The notes under the pieces were generated by a model, which ran no database searches, was not told the DNA's origin, and saw only the letters and a program-made list of their open reading frames with translations. DNA of 64,000 nt, from NCBI GenBank assembly GCA_051439605.1, contig JBFRWN010000027.1:1-64000 (forward strand), written 5' to 3'. The DNA is from Synechococcus sp. Its GTDB lineage: Bacteria > Cyanobacteriota > Cyanobacteriia > Thermostichales > PCC-7336. The translations under genes were made by a program, and so were the position numbers. This document shows positions 19,996-30,912 of the stretch, in pieces. The first letter of the stretch is position 1. Every line of letters starts with the position of its first letter.

Positions 19996-20913
19996 TCAGG
20001 GCTCTTCAGAGGGTTGAGACAGGCGATCGAAGGGGGTTGGAAAGGCAATACTATTATCCTGAAGAGCCTGCTTGGCTCGCACCAATAGGTCTGTTTTAAA
20101 CACAAACTCATCGCGGGCATCCATCGGATAACACTTCAGCTTGAGATGGGTATACCAGGGCTGCTCTATCGCCACAACGGTAATGGGCAGCTTAAGCTGA
20201 GTATATTTGCTGGTGTAAGCTGCCAAATACAGAATGCGCACTGCAGTTTTGATATCTGACTGACTATCGAGGTAAAAATCGGTCACAACCTGTGCTTCCA
20301 AGGCTCCGTCATTACTATTCGAAACCGCTTCAGTCCAAATCACGCCGTGGGGAATGGTGACAATGTTGTCATCGGGTGTACGCAGGCGGATGCTGCGCAG
20401 TCCAAACCCTACAACCTCACCGTACCAATTCCCAATCTGCACGCGATCGCCCACTCGATACGAGGATTCGTACAGAGCCAGCACCCCCGCCACAATCGAA
20501 CTAGCAAAGTCTTTGAAGGCAAACCCCAGCGCGACAGCCACTGTCCCCCCCAAGGCAAACAGGTTGGCACTGGAAAAATTTACCCACAAACTGACGAGAT
20601 AGCTGGCGGACAAAAGCAGAACGACCCCTTGCAAAAAGGGTAGTGACTGCTTTACTGCTAGGCGGAACCGCCGATCTACACGTTCCGACAGCCACTGACC
20701 CATCCGCCGCGCCATCTCCAGCAGCAACCAGGTAAGGAGAATAATCAACACCGTGTTGACTAGCCGATCGCCGGTTATCGGCAGAAACAATCCCTGAGGC
20801 GGCGGTGGTGGCGGTGGGGCTAGCTCGTCCAAACCGGGTACCGAAGAGCCTACCTCTGGGGTTTGAGCAAACAGAATAGCAGCAGACAAAGGCATCGCAG
20901 TCTCGATCCTCAC
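19996..20913 (-). CDS. MscS-family mechanosensitive ion channel
   Basis: ALGFAFKD..SIVAG, YRVGDRVQIG..YGEV..GLRS..LRTPDDN.VTIP. Confidence 0.9.
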   Translation of the reverse strand: MRIETAMPLSAAILFAQTPEVGSSVPGLDELAPPPPPPPQGLFLPITGDRLVNTVLIILLTWLLLEMARRMGQWLSERVDRRFRLAVKQSLPFLQGVVLLLSASYLVSLWVNFSSANLFALGGTVAVALGFAFKDFASSIVAGVLALYESSYRVGDRVQIGNWYGEVVGFGLRSIRLRTPDDNIVTIPHGVIWTEAVSNSNDGALEAQVVTDFYLDSQSDIKTAVRILYLAAYTSKYTQLKLPITVVAIEQPWYTHLKLKCYPMDARDEFVFKTDLLVRAKQALQDNSIAFPTPFDRLSQPSEEP

Positions 20914-22190
20914 AAACTTGTATCAGAGGGTAAGTACGAAGGAAGCACACGAGAGGAATAGGACGAAGGGAAGCGAGAACGGCGTTCCTTACCCACCAAA
21001 AAGTTATTGCCAGATAAAGTGGCTCGCAGACTGGGGTAGTACTCGGGATTGACGTAAAGGTTGCGCCCCCGCTGCTCGATCAGCCCCTGTCGTTCTAACT
21101 CCTTGACTCGGGCATGTAACTGACTTTCCTCGTCCCCCAAACTGAGAGCTAGATGGCGAAATTGCAAGCCGTTGTGCAGCAGCAAAGAAAACAGCAGATG
21201 GCGATCGCTAGCTTCTAACGTCGATAACTTACTGCTACCGATACGGGAGGGACTCGTCCAAAACCACGATGGTTGCTGCCCCTCTTCAGCCACAGTTAGG
21301 CGCAATGAACCCAGCCATAATTTTGCCGTCACCTTGCTGGAGCCATTGGCCGCCCTGGCCAAGCCATCAAAATAGGCTTGTTGAGACAATGAACTTGGCA
21401 GGGAGACCTGCGGCAACATTGCAGAGAGCTGATGGCGTACCGGAGCTAGCCACTCGAAGAGAGCTTTGGCGTTGAGGGGATCGAGGTTGACGGTGCGATC
21501 GAAGTAGGAGTTCATTTGACAGACGTAGTTCAGGTAGTCCCACGCCCAGTGATTGCAGCCTACAACCCAGAAGCGATCAGGGTCTTTCAGGATCTCCTTA
21601 CGCAGGTACAGCAACCCTTCCAACCCTGCAATACAGCGCACGAAGCATTGGGTAAGTTCAGGCAGCACAATCCCCATTTGTTGTCTTAACTCGGCATCGA
21701 GCTGCACCCCATCGGCACTAAACCGCAGGGGAACTTGTTCAGCCGGTTCACGTTCCCCTCTCAACTGCTTCCGAATTTCATTGCGTAATCCCCTTACAAA
21801 CGCCTCAGGATGGGTGGGAATGCCACTCCAACGCAAAATTCGGAGCGATCGCGGGTCCAGTGGGGGCCAATCGGAGAGCGATTGCTCGATGAATGCTGCC
21901 AGCGGCTCAATGGGACTGCTGAGCACCACCAACACGTTGTTGTTTTGCGGCTGACTCTTCCACGCAGCAATGGCTTCAACCAAAGCCTCGCGAATGACAT
22001 CTGCGTAGGGTTGGGGTGTGGGCAACGCTGCGATCGCCTGCTGCAGCTGGAAAACGATCTCCTCTGGAGGAGACACAGTGGTGGCATCTTCAGCAGATCC
22101 ATTGGATTGCGACGTCAGCCATGATCGCAGAAAGTGCACGATGTCAGTTTGATGCAGGGAGATTAGTCCCGAGCATATCCCACCCATCAT
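20910..22190 (-). CDS. Hypothetical protein, probable degenerate P-loop/AAA-like domain plus C-terminal winged helix
   Basis: C-terminus LLFSLLLHNGL...LALSLG..ESQL...VKELERQGLIEQ...LYVNP is wHTH-like; 4-bp GTGA overlap with mscS. Confidence 0.7.
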   Translation of the reverse strand: MMGGICSGLISLHQTDIVHFLRSWLTSQSNGSAEDATTVSPPEEIVFQLQQAIAALPTPQPYADVIREALVEAIAAWKSQPQNNNVLVVLSSPIEPLAAFIEQSLSDWPPLDPRSLRILRWSGIPTHPEAFVRGLRNEIRKQLRGEREPAEQVPLRFSADGVQLDAELRQQMGIVLPELTQCFVRCIAGLEGLLYLRKEILKDPDRFWVVGCNHWAWDYLNYVCQMNSYFDRTVNLDPLNAKALFEWLAPVRHQLSAMLPQVSLPSSLSQQAYFDGLARAANGSSKVTAKLWLGSLRLTVAEEGQQPSWFWTSPSRIGSSKLSTLEASDRHLLFSLLLHNGLQFRHLALSLGDEESQLHARVKELERQGLIEQRGRNLYVNPEYYPSLRATLSGNNFLVGKERRSRFPSSYSSRVLPSYLPSDTSL

Positions 22191-22363
22191 TTGCCTTCAT
22201 ACAGTAACCTTCAAATCCCTCAAAACATTTCAGCCATCCGTACCCCTGTATGGGCACACATCTTGTTGCCCTCACTGAAATTACACAACTACAGTTGCTC
22301 AAGCCTTCAAATTTGAGCCACATCCAGCAGTGCTGGCAATCAAGCGGCCAACCTAGAGAACTC

Positions 22364-23554
22364 CTAAATTGCCTTAAGCAACTGCTGGGGATTCACCATG
22401 ACCTCAAGCTGCTGCCGGCGCTCTTCCATTGCTTCCAGTTCCCCCACCCGCTGAAAGATTTCTTGGGTACTGTTAACCGGCAATTGTTCAGCCAGTCTAG
22501 AGGTCTCGTATTCAATGGCTAACATTTTGACCAGTTGCCCGTAGCCATCCCTCAAGTTTTTGGTTAATACGGTGCTTTCCTTCACAGTGTAAATACCGCG
22601 GGTGAGCACCCCAATCCGCTTGGCATATAACTCACCATCTGCTTGTTGCATGCGACGTTTTAATGACACTAACCGTCTCAACAGCCGTCTTTGTTCCTGC
22701 AGACGCCGTCGGAAGATGCTCTGCTTTTGCTCCATATAATATTGCTGCTGCAGGAGCAATTGTTCCGTGTCCAGGCGGCGCAAGAGGTCTCGATCGCGCA
22801 GTCGATAGCGAGCGCCCCTGCCCGCTAACATCACTGCCGCAATCGTCGCCACTCCAGTCACCAGCCAATGGAATGGATTCCTCCAATCCTGTAAGGGCAG
22901 CGCTACGCTCAGTCCCATGGCAACCGCTAATCCCCCAGCGCGAATGCGCTGCTGCCACAGATGCCACCGCAAAGATGCGACTTCCACTCCATACTGGCTA
23001 GCATTAGCCGTCCCCCCCGCCGGTCTAACTTGAGTCAACATCTGCAGTTGCCCCCGACTTACGGCATACAGCAGCAGCAATCGGTCTTCGGGCCATTCCA
23101 TTAGGGCTGCGTGAGAAGAAGTGACATTAACCAACGATGCATGAGCCGCATACCCGTTCGGCAATCCAGCGTCATTGGTCAGCGCCGGGTTGGCAAGAGC
23201 CAAGTGTCCGGAAAACAGCTTGCTAGGGATGAGGAACTGAGCCCATCGCTTAAAATCGAAGACCTTTCGCCCCCCTGCTGGACACCGAGCAATAGGGACT
23301 CCAGAAAATTGCAAAGCCACCCGTTTCCCCCGTGCATCTAATGCCTTCAACTGATAGTGGGATTGCCGCCTGCGGGGTTGGGGGCTCTCTAAATTGCTGT
23401 CATCATTCACCTCAAGCGTCACCACATCCAACTGCTGCAGGGCAAACAGCAATCGACAGCGGCAGAGTCCCTCTTGAAAATCTTCGTCGGACTCCTTCCG
23501 GTCAGCAAAAAATAACGGACTACCGCAATGGGGACAGGAAAACTGGTAGACCAT
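22364..23554 (-). CDS. Hypothetical protein with N-terminal Cys zinc ribbon, two TM helices and a C-terminal coiled coil
   Basis: CPHCGS...LCRC; hydrophobic pair of segments mid-protein; Q/R/L/E-rich tail. Confidence 0.75.
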   Translation of the reverse strand: MVYQFSCPHCGSPLFFADRKESDEDFQEGLCRCRLLFALQQLDVVTLEVNDDSNLESPQPRRRQSHYQLKALDARGKRVALQFSGVPIARCPAGGRKVFDFKRWAQFLIPSKLFSGHLALANPALTNDAGLPNGYAAHASLVNVTSSHAALMEWPEDRLLLLYAVSRGQLQMLTQVRPAGGTANASQYGVEVASLRWHLWQQRIRAGGLAVAMGLSVALPLQDWRNPFHWLVTGVATIAAVMLAGRGARYRLRDRDLLRRLDTEQLLLQQQYYMEQKQSIFRRRLQEQRRLLRRLVSLKRRMQQADGELYAKRIGVLTRGIYTVKESTVLTKNLRDGYGQLVKMLAIEYETSRLAEQLPVNSTQEIFQRVGELEAMEERRQQLEVMVNPQQLLKAI

Positions 23555-23580
23555 ACCTTAAATCTGGTAGACCATACCTT
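23543..23580. repeat. Direct duplication (17-bp unit, 21-bp period) spanning the start codon of 22364-23554
   Basis: CTGGTAGACCATACCTT at 23543-23559 and 23564-23580. Confidence 0.9.
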
Positions 23581-23676
23581 CAGTCTATTGCGGCCATGAA
23601 ACAATGGGCGACCACCTATCGTGAGAGCAACAAACTCGAAGCGATCGGGAGGTACGAGATGGCTGAATGCATTGCT

Positions 23677-23982
23677 TCAGAAGCTTCGACTCCGAGAGTG
23701 CCGATGCAAAGACGCTTGCCTTTGGAATACAGGTCTAGGGGAAATAGGGCTTGGGTAACTGCTATCTGGGCTAATCTCGTCGGTACGGCGGCGAATAACG
23801 GGGCGAGAAACGGCTGCCCTATTCCATTTGGGTAACGAACTGCGGTTGGAGATAGGGCGTTCGTCGAAAGATGGACTATCAAGACCGCTTGCAAATTCGG
23901 ACTTCAACTGAGTGATGCGCCGATGCCAATATTCACGCTCCAATCTAGCTAAAAAGTCACTTTGAATGGGGTGGGAATGCAC
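23677..23982 (-). CDS. Possible small hypothetical protein
   Basis: 101-aa ORF on the same strand as its neighbours; no recognisable motif. Confidence 0.3.
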   Translation of the reverse strand: MHSHPIQSDFLARLEREYWHRRITQLKSEFASGLDSPSFDERPISNRSSLPKWNRAAVSRPVIRRRTDEISPDSSYPSPISPRPVFQRQASLHRHSRSRSF

Positions 23983-24282
23983 AGCTATTAATTCTCAACA
24001 CGTTGGAATGAATTCAACACCTCTTGAGCCGTCATTGCCATGGTTCATAACAGTTCTTATATAAAGCAGAGTTAACTCTTCCCCTACAGCATCTGAGTCA
24101 AATACATGAAAACAGCATTGAATAACAATTTCAGTTAGTAGTAACGATCCCCAGAGCCCTTTCCCATAGCAGAAATTAGTCTTACTGATAGGGGTAGAGT
24201 TTGCACCCGACATCCAGATTCCACTTAACTCTCCAACCACAGATCGGCGAACCAGCGGCCATAGGTAATGGTCTTTATTCGT

Positions 24283-27200
24283 TTATTCCTGCATGCTTCC
24301 CCATCGTCGGAGCACCTGCTCTAGCGCCTGCTTCCGCACTGGTTTAGACATAAAATCATCCATCCCCGCAGCCAAACACCGATCGCGATCCTCCTCTAGC
24401 GCGCTAGCCGTCATCGCAACAATGGCAATATGGCGATCGCCTGTCTCCTGCTGCCGAATTTTTTCCGCTGCCTCATACCCATCCATCACTGGCATTTGAC
24501 AATCCATCAAAATCAAGTCGAACTCAGCGTTCTCCAATGCTCCTAACACCTCTACACCATTGGTGGCTACTTCGGCTTCGTATCCCAAATTCTTCAATTG
24601 TCTTAGTGCCACCTTTTGATTGATGCGGTTATCCTCTGCCAGCAAAATGCGCAACGATATCGTCTCAGTTTTTGGCTCCTCTTTACTTATTGGCTCTTCC
24701 GGCTGCAGGTTGCCAGGACGCGCCACCTGTAACAAGCTATCGAACAAGCGGGCGCTCTTGATGGGCTTAGCGATCGCTGCATTTAGCGTCCCTTCGTTCA
24801 CCCAAGCTTTAACGGGTGCTTGTCGCGTCAGCGGCGCTGTCCCAATGCAAAACGGACGGCGATCTGCCGCTATTTTCTGTAACTTCGCGATCCACTCAGC
24901 ACCCATTTCCCCATCCATGTCGACGATCGCGACTGTAGGGAGCTGTTTCCGATCCAGCCATTCCAAAACAGATGCGCTATGTCCCGTTTCCACCTGCAGC
25001 CCCCAACTGCGAGCCCGCTCGGCGATCGCCTCCCGCGTATCCACGCAATCATCCACAATCCAGAGAGACATCCCCTTCAAGGGGGCGGCGGCAATGCTCC
25101 CAAGCTGGAAACTGTCCTCAGGTCTGTCAGAGGTAATGACGGGTAATTCCAGCTCAAACCAAAATGTCGAGCCCGCCCCTAGCTCGCTATCGACTCCAAT
25201 CTTCCCCCCCATCAACTCCACCAATCCTTTACAGATTGCCAGCCCCAAACCCGAGCCACCGTACCGGCGGGTGGTGGATGCGTCTGCTTGGGAAAAAGAT
25301 TGAAATAGCTTATTTTGGGCCTCCGATGTAATCCCGATACCGGTATCACGCACCTCAAACCTAAGCTTGGCAGTTGTGTGATTTTCAACTTCTGTCCCCT
25401 CTTGGCCACTAATATCTAAATCACCGATCCCCAAAGCATCGATCTTTACCGTGATATGACCCGCTTGGGTGAACTTGATGGCATTGCCGATCAGGTTCGT
25501 CAGAATCTGTCCAATGCGAGTAGGGTCCCCTAGTAGGTGGGTAGGAACGGTGGGGCTGACCCACAGCACCAAATCCAACCCCTTGGCAAACGCCTGGGCG
25601 GCCAGCAGGTCTGCCACTGCTTCGATGCAGGGCAGCAACGAAAACTCGATGCTTTCTAGCCGCACCGACCCTGCCTCTAACTTCGAGAAATCTAAAATCT
25701 CGTTAATAATCGCCAGCAGCGTGTCTCCGCTAGCCTGGATGGTCCGGATAAAATCCTGTTGCTCTTCATCCAACTGCGAGTCCAGCAGCAGCCCCGCTAG
25801 TCCTACCACGGCATTCATGGGGGTGCGGATTTCGTGGCTCATGTTGGCCAAGAATGCACTTTTCATATGAGTGGCGGCTTCGGCCTCCTGTCGGGCGAGA
25901 TCCAGCTCGTGATTTTGCCGTACTAGTTGTTCTTGTAACTGTCGACTGGCCGTTGTTTCCTCGACCACCAGCAATACCCCTGACAGTTGCTCTGTGGGTT
26001 GGGCTAATAGTGGCTCTAAGGTCAAGTCGAACCATCGTTCCCACAGCTTGTGCTCCCAAGATTCCTCCTGTAGATGGGCTGCCAAGCTCCTCAATTTGCT
26101 TCGCCATTGACTGGAAGAGGCCCACAACGGGACGATCGCTGCCTGAAGCAAATCCCCCACCCGTACCTCCAGCAGCTCTGATGCAAACGGATTGCAAAAC
26201 CAGACGATTCCCTGTAAGTCAGTGGCGACTAACCCCAGCTGCAAACTGCGGGCGATCGCTGCTTGAGCAGCTTGCGAACGACCAAATGCGGCGGCAAGAG
26301 CGGTCATTTGTACCACTGCAGTTGCGCCTGCCACCTGCTGATGAGAGTCTGGCCGATCGGCTTGCAGATACTCGGTGTTGGTAGGTTTGGTCTTAGAAAA
26401 TTTATTGCCGCTAAATTTGCTGTCTGGAAAGGTGTTCTCTGGAAAGCTTTCATCTAACAAACTACCGTCATTAAAAAGAGCTGGCAGTGGACTGTATCGA
26501 ATTAAATCCTCGCCGTAACTGTTCCAAAGCTGTTGTAACTGCCGTTCTAACCGTCGATTGGTGTCCAGACGTTCACCCAGCTCTACGGCTGTCCCTGTCA
26601 GGGTGAGCAATGCCATCGGCCAAGCCACCGGCAGCCACCAGTTCTGCCCCTGAAATCCCGCGATCGTGACAACCCCCCACGCACTCAAAGCCATCAGCCC
26701 TAACCCCAGTCGACGGCGAGCAGAGTAGGGGGCGATCGCCCAGCCAAACAGAGGCCCCATTGAGATTGCTATCAGTGCTGCTATCCACCAAGTGGGGCGT
26801 TGCAGACCGTTGTCAAGCAGCAAAGTGTTAAGGGTCGCTGCATGCATGTAAATGCCGCTGGTTTCTTGGTGATGGCTAAAGGGAGTTTGCAGTGGGTCCA
26901 GACCTCTGGCAGTGACCCCGACAAACACGAAACGATGATTAAAGATCTCGGCGGGTATGCGCTTCTCTAAAACATCGATCAAGGATACCGACAGCAGCTC
27001 GTCTAGGGGTTTTGGGAAAGAGGGTGTTGCCTGCTCAGCTGCGATTTGGCTGAAATCTACAGCTTCCAGGTCGGCGGGGGTCAGAGTCGTTACTTTTCCT
27101 GGCCAGTTCAGCCACAGTCGTTCAGGCGGGTTGGGTAATTCAACGGGGGGATCTGCGAAATAGCTGTGTAGTTCTAGGGCGGCCCAAGCGAGGGTGGGTA

Positions 27201-27756
27201 GGCGGTTGTCAGGCAGCACGATATCTGGGGATTGCGAATTGCTGAAGGTGGAATAGAGGGTTACCTGTCGAGTAATGCCGTCGATGTCTTGACGTTTGGT
27301 AATGTCGCCAAAGGCAGCGGCAGCACTGGCAATATTGGGTGTAGGGGACAGTAATCTCCCTTGGAAATCGGTGGCCAATGCAATGACGGCGTTTCTCTGT
27401 TGCACCATTCGATTGCCCAACAAATCGTCGCTGGATTCCGCTTCGGTAAAGGCAATATCAAAAATAATGGCGGCGGGCAGTGCTTCATTCAGGTAATCCA
27501 GCAGGTGGACGTAGTGGATGCGATCGAAGGGGAACCGCCCGATGGATTGGAGGGTGCGTTCGTCAATTTCGATCGTGGCAATCCGATCGCTCCATCCTTG
27601 GGGACCGCGCAGCTTAAATTGCAGGTTGTAAGCCAAAAACTCCAACGGCTGCCAGCCGTTGACACTGGAGATCGTCGTAACTGCAAGCGTGGCGAGGGTC
27701 CCCGGCACCAGCCGTCGCAACTTACGGAAGACCGATTGGTTGGATGGTCTTATCAA
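24283..27756 (-). CDS. CHASE2-domain hybrid sensor histidine kinase (CHASE2-TM-PAS-HisKA-HATPase-REC-like-REC)
   Basis: [16 protein letters not shown] (CHASE2), [55 protein letters not shown]. Confidence 0.93.
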   Translation of the reverse strand: MIRPSNQSVFRKLRRLVPGTLATLAVTTISSVNGWQPLEFLAYNLQFKLRGPQGWSDRIATIEIDERTLQSIGRFPFDRIHYVHLLDYLNEALPAAIIFDIAFTEAESSDDLLGNRMVQQRNAVIALATDFQGRLLSPTPNIASAAAAFGDITKRQDIDGITRQVTLYSTFSNSQSPDIVLPDNRLPTLAWAALELHSYFADPPVELPNPPERLWLNWPGKVTTLTPADLEAVDFSQIAAEQATPSFPKPLDELLSVSLIDVLEKRIPAEIFNHRFVFVGVTARGLDPLQTPFSHHQETSGIYMHAATLNTLLLDNGLQRPTWWIAALIAISMGPLFGWAIAPYSARRRLGLGLMALSAWGVVTIAGFQGQNWWLPVAWPMALLTLTGTAVELGERLDTNRRLERQLQQLWNSYGEDLIRYSPLPALFNDGSLLDESFPENTFPDSKFSGNKFSKTKPTNTEYLQADRPDSHQQVAGATAVVQMTALAAAFGRSQAAQAAIARSLQLGLVATDLQGIVWFCNPFASELLEVRVGDLLQAAIVPLWASSSQWRSKLRSLAAHLQEESWEHKLWERWFDLTLEPLLAQPTEQLSGVLLVVEETTASRQLQEQLVRQNHELDLARQEAEAATHMKSAFLANMSHEIRTPMNAVVGLAGLLLDSQLDEEQQDFIRTIQASGDTLLAIINEILDFSKLEAGSVRLESIEFSLLPCIEAVADLLAAQAFAKGLDLVLWVSPTVPTHLLGDPTRIGQILTNLIGNAIKFTQAGHITVKIDALGIGDLDISGQEGTEVENHTTAKLRFEVRDTGIGITSEAQNKLFQSFSQADASTTRRYGGSGLGLAICKGLVELMGGKIGVDSELGAGSTFWFELELPVITSDRPEDSFQLGSIAAAPLKGMSLWIVDDCVDTREAIAERARSWGLQVETGHSASVLEWLDRKQLPTVAIVDMDGEMGAEWIAKLQKIAADRRPFCIGTAPLTRQAPVKAWVNEGTLNAAIAKPIKSARLFDSLLQVARPGNLQPEEPISKEEPKTETISLRILLAEDNRINQKVALRQLKNLGYEAEVATNGVEVLGALENAEFDLILMDCQMPVMDGYEAAEKIRQQETGDRHIAIVAMTASALEEDRDRCLAAGMDDFMSKPVRKQALEQVLRRWGSMQE

Positions 27757-28054
27757 CTACCCATCTCCCTAAACGTATTCGCGAGTAAACATTTGTTTTA
27801 AATGTTCTCTGGTGTTGCGCATATCTCTATTGTTTTGCCAGCATAGCCAACTTGCCGCTGGCCGCCACTGGAGGCATTTGGTGAGCTGAATGTCGAACAG
27901 AAACAATCTGTTAACCCTCCAGCTTTTCTGCTGGAAGGAGTTCTTCTGTCCGTTGCCAATTGGATTGACCCTAGCGAGCGTTCCATCTGCCCGATGCCAA
28001 CAGTTGTCAGTAGGATTTGAGAGCGACGTTCCCCTTCGGGTGTCTGACGACTTT

Positions 28055-28451
28055 ATGAGATCTTCTTTGCCAGTATTGTTGCCAAGACTTTTTCGGCGAT
28101 CGCTGATTGGTGGTGCCTGCATAGCCACCTGTATGGGGTTGACTGCCTGCATCCCCGGCACGGAATTGCGACCTACCGATCGCTAGGCCGACCACCAGAG
28201 CGATCGGCTGCGTATTTGGTGGGCTCAGAACGCAGGCATCGTACCAGTCCCTGCACCCGGCTTACGGACGCGTCTTGTAGGAACGGGTGTGGGAGCGGGC
28301 GATTTTGAGCACCATCCCCCGCACCAGGCTCATTAGAAATGGTGGTTGGACAAGTTCGATGTTAGGCCAGTTGCCGGCCGAGCAAACTTCTCAGGAGGCT
28401 GCAGATTGGGCGATCGCCGAAATTCAGCGAATTTTTGCAGAATGGGAGTAA
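28055..28451 (+). pseudogene. Remnant of an ABC-type extracellular solute-binding lipoprotein (two nonsense codons, large internal deletion)
   Basis: MRSSLPVLLPRLFRRSLIGGACIATCMGLTAC (lipobox), TAG at 28184, in-frame ADHQSDRLRIWWAQ; a second frame gives SYQSLHPAYGRVL*ERVWERAI...QEAADWAIAEIQRIFAEWE*. Confidence 0.7.
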
Positions 28452-29129
28452 CACACATTCTTGGTGACGGTCCATTTACCCCTTGAAGTCTATTGGGATC
28501 GATAGTGAGCCTACTTGATGTGGGGGAAAACGGTTCAGACTATTCAGTATTGGTTATTCTTCTCTTGGTAGGAGTCGCCTTAAACGTTGGCTATTTGCAC
28601 CTTTTCCATTCCGCCGATTTTCCTTTTTTTGGAGTGGCTGACTCAGTGAGAACGTTCGCTGCTTCTGCACGCGCTTCCGATTTCTTACACTGTAAAACTT
28701 TGCGGTAAGCCTTGATTATTTTTCTCCAGCGAGATCGGGGAGTACTTTGGGGAGGGCATTTAACTCGTGTGGGGGGGGGGAGATCCTCAAGGGCATGCCC
28801 TTCAGAATACCGCTCGATATTCAGATCAAGCACATCCTGAGAAACCTACTAAGAGCTTTCTGAACACATGATTGTATTCTTTGAATAATTGAAGCATTCA
28901 AAGTATGACTAAAAAATTTTCTTGAAAATTGCTATTTCCAGATCGAATCATCAATTAAGCCTTATTTGATTGAAAGATGATGTTTCTACATGAGAGCCTG
29001 TGTGCACTGGTCGGACATGTTAGTGATAATATGATCGAGGAATATCAAACTTCTTGCTAACTAATTCATCGCAGTCTTCAAGTTCATTTTATCGATTCTG
29101 CTGTCGAAATCTCAATTTCCCTAAAGTAC

Positions 29130-30821
29130 ATGATTACTGGTTCAACATTTGACTCTTTTGGGCACAGAACATTAGCAGCCATCGTCTTTACCGATGTAGT
29201 GAGCTACAGCGCTCGAATGAATGTTGATGAAGAACATACATTGGGGCTTGTGCAACGGGACCTACAGCTGATGTCAGGGATCTGTCAAAAGCATGGTGGA
29301 CAAGTCCTTAAATTTACTGGTGACGGGTTATTAATGCACTTTCACAGTGCCGTTCAAGCCGTGGCTTGCGCGCAAGAAACCCAGCAAAGCATTGTGGAGC
29401 AGGCCAAAGATCTTGTCGAGACAGAGATCCTTTGGCATCGCATCGGGATTCATCTGGGGGACGTTTTTCTCAGCAAGACCGATGTCATGGGTGATGGTGT
29501 CAACATTGCTGCGAGGCTTCAAAGCGAAGCGCAACCTGGAGGCATTTGTATGTCTAGGACAGTGTATGACGTAGTGAAGCGCTGTCTAACCCTCAAAGCA
29601 ACTTATTTAGGCCCTAGAGATCTGAAAAACATTAAAGAAGCCGTTCATGTTTATCAAATATTGATGGCTGCGATCGAAAAAGAGGACTCGATTCCATCGC
29701 TCTTTGATGAACAAGGACTCAATTATAATCCCGCTAATTTAATTCTTGATGAGACTGAGATATTGGATGTATATCCAAACTCAACGTCCCCCACTACTCC
29801 ACAGAACGATTCATCCACACAAGAATCGCCAGTCGATGCGGTGGGTAGTCGTGCATTCGCAGCTACTGTTGAAACAACTCAATTTGGCGAGGGAGCGAGC
29901 GAACAAGACTTTTCTGCATCTATTAGTCTCGATGGCCAAACTTCAGATGAAGCTGCATATCCAACCCCCTCAAACCTTCTCCCTTCCGATCTTCATAAAC
30001 AGCTTGAAGTCACCTTGAATTCAATTCTGGGGCCCATTGGTTCTCTTGTTCTCAATCAAGCCTTAAGAGACACATCCACGCGATCAGAAGCAGTCAACAG
30101 GATGATGCTTTCAATTCCCGCTGAAATGCAAGAAGATTTCTATGCGGCCGCAACTGAAATTGTGAGTCAGCTACCTCCTCATGTAAGCGAACATAACTCC
30201 CCTTCTTCAGAACAGGTAGAATCAATTAGTAATATTTCGGACGCTACCTCACAAGCCATGCCGTCCAATCTTCCCAGAGAGCCTGAGGAATTAGAATTGA
30301 CTGGCCGTGACATCTTCGCTGTGTCTGAATTCCAGAGGTCAGAGTTATGCAAAAAGTTAGCTGAATATCTTGGACCGATGGCAAAATTGACCTTGCAAAG
30401 TGCGGTAGAGTCAGCCAAAACCCCCCAGGATCTCGTCACTTCGTTACTGGAATGGTTGCCTGGTGATTGTCACGTATCGTTTCGTGATTTTTCAACCAAT
30501 CTACTTTCACAGGGTAAGGGAATTGATACCTCTGCCCGTTGTCCTATCCAACCTACGTCAAGCACTCCTTCTATACGAAAGGAGCCGCAGTTGATCGAAA
30601 TTGAACCATCAGTTGCAGACCCTTTATTCCTAGAGTTTTGCGAAACAGAGCTTGCCAAACATCTAGGCCCGATTGCTGCGATCGCCCTGCAACAGGTTTT
30701 AAGTAATCCAACTCCCGCAAAGAATCGCCAAGCTATTGTCCAACAACTCGCAACTTACATTACTAATCCAGACGATGTGGCAGATTTTCAACAAGTACTG
30801 CAACAGTGGACACAAGAATAG
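29130..30821 (+). CDS. Class III adenylate/guanylate cyclase with three C-terminal helical repeats
   Basis: IVFTDVVSYS, LKFTGDG, RIGIHLGDV, DVMGDGVNIAARLQ; repeats with LGP(I/M)(G/A) cores. Confidence 0.9.
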   Translation: MITGSTFDSFGHRTLAAIVFTDVVSYSARMNVDEEHTLGLVQRDLQLMSGICQKHGGQVLKFTGDGLLMHFHSAVQAVACAQETQQSIVEQAKDLVETEILWHRIGIHLGDVFLSKTDVMGDGVNIAARLQSEAQPGGICMSRTVYDVVKRCLTLKATYLGPRDLKNIKEAVHVYQILMAAIEKEDSIPSLFDEQGLNYNPANLILDETEILDVYPNSTSPTTPQNDSSTQESPVDAVGSRAFAATVETTQFGEGASEQDFSASISLDGQTSDEAAYPTPSNLLPSDLHKQLEVTLNSILGPIGSLVLNQALRDTSTRSEAVNRMMLSIPAEMQEDFYAAATEIVSQLPPHVSEHNSPSSEQVESISNISDATSQAMPSNLPREPEELELTGRDIFAVSEFQRSELCKKLAEYLGPMAKLTLQSAVESAKTPQDLVTSLLEWLPGDCHVSFRDFSTNLLSQGKGIDTSARCPIQPTSSTPSIRKEPQLIEIEPSVADPLFLEFCETELAKHLGPIAAIALQQVLSNPTPAKNRQAIVQQLATYITNPDDVADFQQVLQQWTQE

Positions 30822-30912
30822 TGGAAGTGCACGCAGCGGATTCCCTCCTCTGATGTTGAATTAACCCGCGTCAGACGTTTCCGAGACCTGTCTACATTCA
30901 GAGTTGGAATCT

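Noticed and set aside
27769..28161. 130-aa minus-strand ORF upstream of the CHASE2 kinase (checked for DUF928/FecR partner)
   Set aside because: No such motifs; it overlaps the plus-strand lipoprotein pseudogene, which explains the region better
28493..28833. Two small opposing ORFs upstream of the cyclase
   Set aside because: Weak starts and no motifs; cannot be distinguished from intergenic sequence
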